DNA of 41,326 nt from Halocafeteria seosinensis. Lineage: Eukaryota. A model generated the notes under the pieces. That model worked only from the letters and a program-made list of their open reading frames with translations. It was not told the origin of the DNA and ran no database searches. Positions 24,737 through 34,684 of the stretch are shown in pieces. Every line of letters starts with the position of its first letter. Positions within the stretch are counted from its first letter, which is position 1. The stretch spans positions 1-41,326 of the forward strand of contig LVLI01000379.1 in the NCBI GenBank assembly GCA_001687465.1, read 5' to 3'. The translations under genes and the position numbers were made by a program.

Positions 24737-27700
24737 TTACCGTGTGAGCTCAGCTGCCTGCCCAGCTAAATCGGATGCCTGGCCATAGAGCTGCGTTTTC
24801 TGACGCACTTTATCATACACGTCCAGGAACCTCTGAAAGTTTGTAGAGGGTTTTATACTTATGTTTTGCTTGTTAGCAGTGGCACTCGGTGGGATGCTTG
24901 TTAGCCGATTCCGAAGCTGCTCAAAAGCGTTTGATTGAGGTAATATCATGAGTAGAGCATATAGTGCCCTCAATAAATGGGCGTGGTCGGTCCGTTCAGT
25001 TTGTAGCAGATGCATTCTAAGATCTGAAGACAGTATAGGATACTCAGTGTTTCGAATTTGCGCATTGTTGGAACGAGGATACTTACTGATGAAGACGGGC
25101 GATTCAAGTAATTGCACTAATTTGTCGATTTGCATCAGCAAGCCGACACTTACTTGACTAGCAGTGCTGCATTTTCCACAGAATACAAATTCTCAGGTTG
25201 GGGAGGATTGCCAAAAACACTTTTGAGGGAACATACATTCTTGTGATAAGTGTTGAAGCCAATTCATAAGCTTCCGCGAGCAGACACAGTGTAAACGTAG
25301 CAATCGAATTGTGACACCAAGTTACGAATAATGCCTCGAACACTTCAATACCGGTAGCCCGCCGATCATGCAGCTCACGCTGCAAATTCTCGATATCGAC
25401 TAAGCCATTTTCGCTGTTTTTTCCTTGCTTTCCACTGGAATCCGTCTTGAATGATGACCGCAGCGTGTCTCTTACTTCACCCTGACACAATGCACATGTT
25501 GCCACCAAAATGAGATACAGAATTTTAAATTCTTGAGGAACGTGTCTCAAACTAACCAATTCTGAAGCAGTTAGGAGGATCAAATTCAAGAGCTCTACCA
25601 TGATTGATGCAAATTCGGGATGCTCTTCGTCCTTCAGGATTCTGGATATGCCAACGAAAATGTGCTCGGGCACGAGTTGTTTGCACAATCTCCGGATGAT
25701 GAATGCTCCACGATTTTCAAGCAACCTGTAAGACCCAATTTTAGCATATAAGCGAGAACACTGCATTGACAGTCAAAATCTAATCAACGCACGCTCGACT
25801 TCGGGCAAACATAATAACTATTCTCTCCAGCACGTAAGTGTGGAAGTAGTCCCAGTCATAGTACGCACAGCGAGCTAGAACTTCGATCTGTATAAATCAT
25901 TGTTTGTGCTTACGTCGCTCTGCACTCTCTTTCTTCATGTCACTACATGAGCAACTCACATTACTCTTCAGCACGTTAGGATCAGCATTATCCCCCAGGT
26001 TGTGCAACAAACTGGTCAACAATTCATTGAAATATGCCATCACCCTTCCCGGTGCTTTCTGAAGCAACACCGTGAACCAATTTAACGCTTCCGTCCTCGT
26101 GTAGGTGTCAGGAGATGGCAGTGCTAGGTTCACGACAGTAAGCACCGCGGGGAACGTAAATTGCTCGGCTGGGTTAGAGACCTTCCCGTCGTCTTCTTCT
26201 ACCACGTTTTCTTTCTCTACTGCACGAAAATCCGAATTGAATTCTGCGTCGTGCTCCTTTACGGGGTTCTCGTAACTTTGGGATGGCACATGGACACTAG
26301 TAAGCTCTAGCAGAAGCCCATTACATTCATGAGCTTTTCTCACCACTTCATCCTGCACCATACGCCATTACGTCTGCCACATGAAACATCCTTCGTCACA
26401 CGTATGCTTCAACACTTACCGAAGGGTCCGAGAGTAGTTGGAAAATGAAGTCAAGGATAGTGGCAGACCAAGGTAATGAATTGGGTCCCGCTAGCTGGAT
26501 GAGAGTGAGCATCCATTCCACGGCTGTCAGACGAGTCAGATTACATGAGGAACTACTCTGCCCAACCAACAGATCAACCAGAGAAGATAGAGAAACCTTT
26601 TCCTGCAGCTGATCTACGTTCAACTGCATTGCGAATGGTGTAAGGGATACATCTATCATGGCATCAGCATCTTATCTAAAGCACCCTAGGGAAGCCTTAC
26701 GTTTGCCACATATTTACGAAAGTCACTTAAAGTCTCCATTGCCTGCGTACAAACTGATTGGTTAGAGCTCTCTAGCATTGCGAAAATTCGATCCGCAAAA
26801 TCAGGTAAGTACTCGACAAGATCTATATCTGCGACCATGAGGAATTGCAAAAAGAGTCATAGTATGAACGGCTGCGGTGCTGTCAGTGATATATTCGTTA
26901 CCGTACCCTTGACCTTATCCATTTCTCTTATCCAGCCCAAAATTAGGGTTTGGATACGCGGATGCTGTGTATGCATATTCTCCTTAATCGATGCGACAAA
27001 GATCTTAAGAAAGGACTCCTTGTCATACTCCGTTGTCGCAAATGTTGATAAAAGTCGTTCGTTGAGCTGTTGTGCTGCATTTACGACAGGATCAGACCTA
27101 TCGGCAAACAGTTTCACAAGCGCCGTGAACACTATGGGAAAAATGGGAAGGATCCGGTGCCCTACGAATTTGATGATGTTGAACATAGATTCAACAGCAT
27201 CCTTTCTCACCGAGTCATCCTGATCACTGAATCGTGTGATGACAGCTTCACTGATGATATCCAGATGCTGAGTCGCAGTTTGGACATCCATTCCCGCTAC
27301 TGCAGCTGCTACCGCAATGGCGCCACCACGTCTGTAATGAGGATCATCTGCTGAAGCATACTGGGCAGTAATTCCTTCCAAGACATTACGCAGTTGCTCA
27401 AATTTCCCCCGACGAATCAACTCCCCAACAATGTGCTGAATCTTGTGAGAAGCTGTGCGTCGCTTCTCGACATTCCTGTCTCCAAGACTTTCCAACAACT
27501 GCAGAGACACAATTCATGTGTGTATATAACATGCCAATGCCTCCAAAATTATGGCATACCTGCTCCGTAATTTCATCGCTGATTTGATGCTGCTGGCCCG
27601 TGCCTCCTCCACCAGTGATACTACGAGACTGATTCCGCTGACCCTGCTGCTGCTGATGTTGTTTGGAGCTCGAATGATGCCTATTATGCTGTTGTTGGGG

Positions 27701-27796
27701 GTCATTTTGCGGATGAGGAGGAGGATACTGCTGCGTCTCGTGCCGTCCACTGGCATTTGCAGCAGAAGGAGGAGCTCTACTCCCTTCGGAAGACAT
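24737..27796 (-). CDS. VAC14: VAC14 scaffold of the PIKfyve/Fab1 complex
   Basis: LGDRNVEKRR, RRGGAIAVAA, LLENRGAFIIRRLC, TWCHNSIATFTLCLLAEAYE, QIDKLVQLLESPVF, LYALLMILPQSNAFEQLRNRL. Seven GT-AG introns splice in frame. Confidence 0.96.
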
Positions 27797-28077
27797 TTCT
27801 AAAAGACCCTAAAATAAATGTAGAGAATTGTCCTTCGGTACAAGCCTTATGAAGCTGCGTAATGTACTACCTGGTAGTTAAGGGGAATGGCTGCGGGGGA
27901 TAATCTTCACAAAGCTTTCTACATCATTGCACACCCCATTATATGCGCTTTACATGCCGCGAATGCATTTGTATCAGTAGTTTCTTGCTGATTGGTGCAA
28001 ATGGAGACCTTGGTATGAGGATAAGGCGTCGTATATCGACTGTATAGACCATACTTCAACTACAGAGACAGTCGCCG
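27797..28077. promoter_or_regulatory. Divergent VAC14/DHRS7 promoter region with CCAAT box and palindrome
   Basis: CTGATTGG (reverse CCAAT) at 27988-27995. Interrupted palindrome ACTACCTGGTAGT at 27866-27878. Confidence 0.5.
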
Positions 28078-29335
28078 ATGGAGCTATTCACGCTTCTCGT
28101 GACCATTACAGCCGGTATCCTCACGCTCTGTGGAGCGCTTACGGTTTATTTCGCATACTTCTTGGACTCTGACTGGGAGCTCTTCTGGAGGTCGAATGTG
28201 CCCGAGAAAAAGGACCTCTACGCCGGCAAACGAGTCGTCATTGCAGGAGCTTCTTCAGGAAGTACGGCCTCGTTGGTGCTTTATATCGCCTCAAACATGA
28301 ATGTTGCGTGAACCAAAAATGATCGAATGCCCGTTGCAGTTGGCGAGGAACTAGCATACGCTCTGGCCAAACGCGGAGCGAACCTTGTACTAGCAGCTCG
28401 GCGTACAGCCAGATTAACCCAAGTGGCCAAACGAGCCAAGGAACTAGGAGCTGGAGAAGCTGTGGTCAAATTCCTCGATATGGTGGACTTTGAATCTCAC
28501 GCGAAATTTGTGGAAGACATTGTGGATAAACATGGGGCGGTCGATATACTGGTACGTTTTTTTGCATTAGTAGAGCAAGGGATTGGGGGATTTGGAAGTC
28601 TTTACTGTCTTGATAACATTTATTGACAGGTAAATAACGCTGGGCGCACACAGCGTTCCTTAGGTGAAGAGACAGAGCTCCAAGTAGATCGAGACATGTT
28701 TGATTTGAACGTAATCGGTATGATTTCTCTAACTAGAGCATTCCTCCCCGTGTTTCTGAAACGAGGGCATGGGTCCATTCTAGTAGGTTATTGATGATGC
28801 ATCGTAGTATATTCAGCTGTAGGTACGTTTATCTCGTCGATAACTTACCATACAGGTGACAAGCAGCGTTGCGGGCAAAGTTTGTACCCCTGTTAGTACC
28901 ACATATGCTGCTACCAAGCATGCTCTCCAAGGTTTCTTCCACTCGCTACGCACGGAAGTTGGTAGCAGGAATATTCAGATCTCACTTGCATGCCCAGGTC
29001 CTATTAAAACAGAGATTACATATCAGGCGTACGTCGCTCAAGCAGGTAGTGTTCTTGGTCAGGGTGCTGAGGACGATGCTTCGAGGATGAGTGCCGCCCG
29101 ATGCGCTTATCTAATGCTCAAGTGCATTCACCATTGTCAATACGAATGTTGGATATCAACCAACCCGGTTCTGTTTTTTACGTATATGCATCAATACTTC
29201 CCTACATTAGCATGCTACCTCGCAGAACGACTAATTGGTCCCAAACGTGTAGCTGCCTTCAAAGATCGTGACTACGGATACGGATCATGGATGAACATGT
29301 TCTCCTCTCCGCCCACAACAAAGAAGGAAGACTGA
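28078..29335 (+). CDS. DHRS7: DHRS7-like short-chain dehydrogenase/reductase with N-terminal membrane anchor
   Basis: Spliced AGASSGIGEELAYALA, LVLAARR, DILVNNAG, SSVAGK, catalytic YAATK, ACPGPI. Three introns. Confidence 0.88.
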
Positions 29336-30178
29336 AAGGAATTCAGTGATCCTTGGGTGGAAGCTACCTTTAGGGCATAGTCGTGCAATGGTCGTATATT
29401 CTGTTGTCACAGTAGACCGAGTTGTGCCACCATGTGACTAAAGGGGAACGGAGACTTAAGATTTGCGATGAACTTTCTTCATACGAGTGTATATGGCAAA
29501 ATAAATGAACCCGTGGTGGTCCAAGCCTGTGGATTTGTAGTATAACGCTATCTGGCCCGGTCGGGAGTGCGCCTGAGCAAATCTTCGACGTGGGTCTCTA
29601 TTTCTCCCAACAGTCTTCTGTCTTTCGTTTCTTCACCATGTTCCCTAGTAGGGGTACACCCTTGATGTTTTGGGTTCTACGCCTTGCTTCGTTATTTCCC
29701 GTAGAGTGTTTAAAACCTGTCCAGCACCCTCAAGGAACATGTGTCCAACGCGAGACACAAGAGCCATCCTTCTTATCCACCACGAAGCGTTTGCGACAGT
29801 TTCAATAAATTTTTGATGCAAAGCGCTCCAAAGAAATCCTGCAATTTTATTAAACGTCACCAAATTCTTCGCCCGAAGCGGGTTCCGTCAAACCGACTAC
29901 TTTGCATAGATCCGGTTGATTGTTTGGAACTTGTTCCGCAGCAGCATACAAACAAACACCCGCAGAAGCAGCAACCCGCTTTAAGCGAGCAATTTGTGTC
30001 CGTCTTTCTCCGTGGCTGAGGTACATTTGTGGTACACTCCGTACTTCGCTGTTTCGTGTGGTATTTAATGATCGGAGCTTCCAGGATTTGTTGTTACAAG
30101 TGGGCCCGTCGCTGCTTAACACGCTCCTCGTTAAGAAGATGTGGTCAACTCCCCGGCCGGTGGGCTATCTGTCACATA

Positions 30179-30200
30179 TGTGTGTGTGTGTGTGTGTGTG
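30179..30200. repeat. (TG)11 microsatellite
   Basis: Seen directly in the sequence. Confidence 0.97.
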
Positions 30201-30509
30201 ACAAAGCTAGCGTTCCGATGGTGGAAGCTAGTTCGACGATGTCATTCCGTCAGATGCAACTACCGGGAATGGTCAATGATGCTTTTCTCTAGCAATAATC
30301 TTGATTCCATTGGTGGAGTGGAGCAGACAAGAGTGCACCCTTATTATATGAGTATTAATGTTCTCCCTGATGCATCGACTAAACCTTTACAACGATTCCA
30401 ACGCAGATTTGTGCAGACGAGTGTGTATTCGTATAAATTCTACAGTTGTCAGTATGTGGATAGTAAAATCACGATTGTCTAACAATGGTAGTTTCAATGC
30501 GTGCCCAAA

Positions 30510-31096
30510 TCAATGTGAAAGAATCCGTGTCTGCAAATCCGCTCTGTGCCTGCATCACATGCGATGGACAAGTATAGCCGGAACCAAATAAGAACTCTAA
30601 ATTCACATACTCGCTGCTCACTAGCTCGGGATTCCTTTGTTGAACGCGCAATGCAATGGCTAGGGTAATAATCTTGAGTGATCCTCCCTGGGGTTTGACA
30701 CCGTTTTCTTTGAGCCAGTCCTGGAAATCCTCCATGGCTTCATTCAGATTTCCTCCGTTCGAGCTGAGCAATTCTGACAACTTGGCGTCGAGTTTATGAG
30801 CGCTTGTTATGCCATTTTCGCGCAACTCGCGTGCCGAAGCTTCGCCAATTCGAGGAACTGCTCGGAGCTCCCCAGGATCAGCCGCCGCGTAGTCCAAGAT
30901 ACTTTCCACCTTCGTCTGGAGGCCAGCAGGAATATCGATAGTTAGAGCCCAAGTACGAAACACGCAATCCTTATTCTTAATGGGTATAATTTAATACAAT
31001 AAATGGTAAACTTACGCTCATAAACCTTCTCTGCTCGTCTCCGAGGCGTTTATAAGCCTCCTTCGAGAGCACATTCTGGAAAGGGTTAATGTTCAT
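30510..31096 (-). CDS. Barrier-to-autointegration factor (BAF)-like helix-hairpin-helix protein, about 141 aa
   Basis: Exons 31096-31016, 30915-30611 and 30549-30510. Introns are GTAAGT..CTAAC..CAG (100 nt) and GTATGT..CAG (61 nt). The protein ...FMSTKVESILDYAAADPGELRAVPRIGEASARELRENGITSAHKL...FQDWLKENG...IITLAIALRV aligns without gaps to human BAF I26-G27, L34, G38 and A42, and matches the FxxWL helix. The start codon could be 31021 instead. Confidence 0.75.
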
Positions 31097-31644
31097 TGTT
31101 TCAGAAGTCAGCCTTAGGAATTGCGCAAATACAACAGATTACAAGGATTGCTGAAAATTAATTTACTTGTCTGTCTCTTCAGGTTCAAACCTTTTGATTC
31201 TTCTTCATTGTTAGTACGAAGGCATCCACAAGAGTTGAACCCGATCCTGTTCTTTCCCGCTGTGCGAGAATTCTCTTTTTGTTCGGCCTAAGCGAGGCGC
31301 GCGGCGGTCCGCACCTTCCCGGAAAACCATCTAACGTCAACCAACACCCATAACGATTTTGCATCATCCAATATGCTCTCTCTCTTGCAACAGCTCGAGT
31401 TTCATTGCCTTTAATGCTCTGGTTTGTTAGTATACGGGTGTCAGGATACCGAACCGCCTCGTTCCCGCTTTGCGAGAATTTTCTGTAGGAACAACCGAAG
31501 TTGAACATGCACACAGGATTCGTCAAGAAAGGTAAATTACCATAAACGATTTCGTATTGTTGGTGAGGCTCTCTCTTACTGCACTTTGGGTCTATTGCCT
31601 TAGTTCCTCCGGTTGCAACTACTGTGGGCGACGGGAAGAGGGAG
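31097..31644. promoter_or_regulatory. Putative shared bidirectional promoter of the BAF-like and kinase-BAF genes
   Basis: 548 nt between divergent ATGs, containing no convincing gene. Confidence 0.45.
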
Positions 31645-33382
31645 ATGGCTCCACGCAAACGTCAACGGGACAACGTGGCTGGCGCATCAGACAGGTCTCC
31701 TGCGGTCAAGACTAAGAATGAGAGAAACTGGGTTGGCAGGACGATTAATGGGTGGTATGTACAGGCCGTGATTGGTGAAGGGAGTTTCGGTACTGTATAC
31801 GAGGGTAAGGATTATCCCCGATTTCCTAACTACATGTATAATGCATCTCAGCGCTGACTCTTCGTTCCAGTTAGAGGAGGAAGCAAATCCAACCCACGGA
31901 CATACGCCATGAAGGTAGCAAAGCCAGATACAAGCGCGGCGCGATATCTCAACTGTGAAATTACACTCCTCCGGAACAACTTGAGAGGGAAGCATGGGGT
32001 TCCCCAAATACCTAGTCTTTCTGAAGCCAGTGGGATGTACGAGGGCAACCTTTACCTCATCATGGAAAAATTCGAGACAAATCTGGAGCAGATAGCAAAA
32101 CAACGAAAATTGTCTGAAAAGCATATTTCTTCACTTGCCTACGAACTAGTACGAGTTGGCGAACGCCTGGTTACTCTTTGCCATCCATCCCATGGGTATG
32201 TGATTTGCATTTGCACAGGTTCGGACGTTACAAGACGTACATGAAGCCGACCACTTGTATGTGGACCTAAAACCTGAAAACATAATGCTCGGATCTGCTA
32301 CTCACAATGTGAAAGAGAAAGTTGCTCTAGTGGATTATGGGTGTGCGTCGCTGCTCAGTGGGGCTGGCCAATACCAGACAGTGAATGAAGACGGCACGAG
32401 GATGTATATGTCTCGCTTCGCCCTGCAGACTACCGGTAAGCGATTCAGAAGATAGTTTGCATTCTGTGTCTATGGCAGGCATCTATCATAGTTCGACATC
32501 AAACCATTCATATATTCATGATCTCAGAGAAATCCCCGCGGAACGACCTCCAATCTCTGGCTTATATACTGTGTGAGCTGGCAGCAGGCTCCTTGCCATG
32601 GTCAAACGCACGTACAACAAAAGAATTGGACTCTATCAAAGAGTCCGTGAGTACAGAAGTTTTGACCAAAGATACTCCAACTTGCGTCAAAAGGTTTACC
32701 TCCATAGTGAACTCGCTCCCGAGTAACAAACCGTGCGACTATACATCTCTGCTGAACTGCTTTGAATACGACTACATGAGCATTCATGAGCTAGTAGTTC
32801 CAGGAAACCGTAGCAAATCGCTTAGACCGCGGAAATCAAGGAAGAACTATGATCAGACTGTTCGGAAAAACAGTTCCGCTGAGTTACAGTCGACAGGGGT
32901 AGATCCGAAAGTAAGTCGACAACCCTACCCATAGTCAGGTACCGGTATTCTGTTGAACGTTATACTATTCCTTCTCTCCAGTTAAGACGCGTCGCCTTGG
33001 ATGTCACCATCCAAAAGCTTGACTCAATTCCGGGCATTGGGAAAAGTATTGTCACTTCATTGAATAACTACGGCGTGCCTAACATTCAAGGTCTGGCGTT
33101 CCGTTTCCAAGCGGGATTAACAGAGAACAACACGGAAGGAACAAGAAAGGCGTGCAGCGAATTCAGTGCATGGGTCGCACAAAATATCTGCTCGGACAAG
33201 CAAGTACTGAAGAACTTGACCTCTGTTGCCGCAATCCGGTTGAAGACCGGATATGGAAACTGTGTTTTTGACGAGTATGTATCACTTGCCCTCTCCTTTA
33301 ACGGCTGCATGTAATTGGTTTCCATTGTTGCTGCAGCGGCATTCGTCAATTTGTCAACTCCTTTAGGAAGGCTCATGGTTAA
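31645..33382 (+). CDS. VRK/CK1-superfamily Ser/Thr kinase fused to a C-terminal BAF-like domain, about 458 aa
   Basis: Exons 31645-31804, 31871-32148, 32219-32435, 32528-32910, 32982-33274 and 33337-33382 total 1377 nt in frame. Motifs: IGEGSFGTVY, YAMK, YVDLKPEN, LVDYG, DGTRMYMS (no APE), SPRNDLQSLAY, GSLPW. Exon 5 encodes LDSIPGIGKSIVTSLNNYG...FSAWV. NLS-like PRKRQR at the N-terminus. Confidence 0.85.
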
Positions 33383-34684
33383 TCTTTGGAAGAAAGGCGC
33401 CTCGATTTAGAGCTCGCTCGCAGCGACTCGCACACTCCTTTTCTGTCGATTTGTAGTACAGCGCAGGTGATACTCCTCTTAACAGCTACAGCGCTTCGCG
33501 CACTCCTTTCCTTTCGATGATTCATGTTTGACGTACAGGTGATATCAGATGCAGCATGCACGAAATCATCTATCGATTCTTGACATCGATTTCCATGGGT
33601 TTCACGCAGAATGCGACACATGAACACACATCTTCACCCATATCCCCGCATTGAGACCATAGCAGTATATTGGACTTTCTTCCTTCCTCTTTCGCAAGAA
33701 TCAATACTGTCATCATAAGAAGTTTATCATGGCTGGCTTCAAGAAATTCAAGTTATGAAGCATGGAAGATACCATACCGCTGGTCTGATTGTACAGTGCA
33801 CTACACAAAGGTTTTTGCGGGATGCATTGACACACACATACATGCGCGAACAATTTCAAGTGGCGCTAGTGTACGACCAGTCAAGTCAATGCACATCGTA
33901 GCCACGTAGCGCTGTGCCCGGTAAGGGGACATCATCTACAAGTTGTAGTACATTTTCTAAACAGTTCGGAAAGTGATCATAGGAGCGCTATACAAGGCAG
34001 AGCATCATGACACTGAATCCTGTCATGAAGTTAGAGCTCTTGGGCTCAGATATTTAGGATTCGGAAGAAAAGCCCGGGTGTGAAGTGTCTTTCATATGGA
34101 AGGAAGACTAAAACTACTACACTGTACGCTTCATTCGAGTGGCAGTTCATAAAATATTACACATCGCGTTTCTTGACTAGACTCTCCAACATTGTTAGGA
34201 AACTACAAATTGTCTACAATAGTGTTGGCCACACACACATGTATTGTTGCCTCTTCGCCTTAAAATGGATTCGCCTTAAAATAGATCAGTCCAATACCAT
34301 TAATATGTCAGCTATTCGAGGGATAGTTTGACAAAACGCACGACCGCACATTTCGTTCAAACATTCTTCCCTGTTGATACTCAGTGCAGTTGCACTATAA
34401 CACACTTGCGAGTCAGCACTTCCTCTTGAAGCCTCCCGGGACCCTGGGATATCCAGCCTGTGAAGAACAAAAGATACGATACTTTCGCACATTCCCTGTA
34501 GACCACACAGTATCAGTACTTCGTTTCCAAGATGCATTGACAGAAAGATAACTACTTAAGTTGTTGTACTAGTGATACAGATACTGTCTTCTACACGCAT
34601 GCATCGCGCGCTGTTTGTGAGATATCTTGCATATTATAGTGGCTCCCTCACATTCACTTATTCATACATACAGAGAGATAAAAA

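Noticed and set aside
29400..30450. Short ORFs between DHRS7 and the BAF-like gene
   Set aside because: Stops occur in all frames, with no recognisable motifs or consistent splice model. Possibly decayed sequence.
30469..30963. ORF-track 164-aa protein taken at face value
   Set aside because: Its N-terminus (GTG start) and C-terminal tail are better explained as intron read-through. Replaced by the spliced model.
31185..31658. 157-aa ORF between the paired genes as a third component
   Set aside because: Non-ATG start, overlaps the kinase start antisense, and has no protein-like motifs.
33400..34600. Possible minus-strand gene remnant downstream of the kinase
   Set aside because: Only short open stretches and one donor-like GTATGT. 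No coherent model or homology could be supported.
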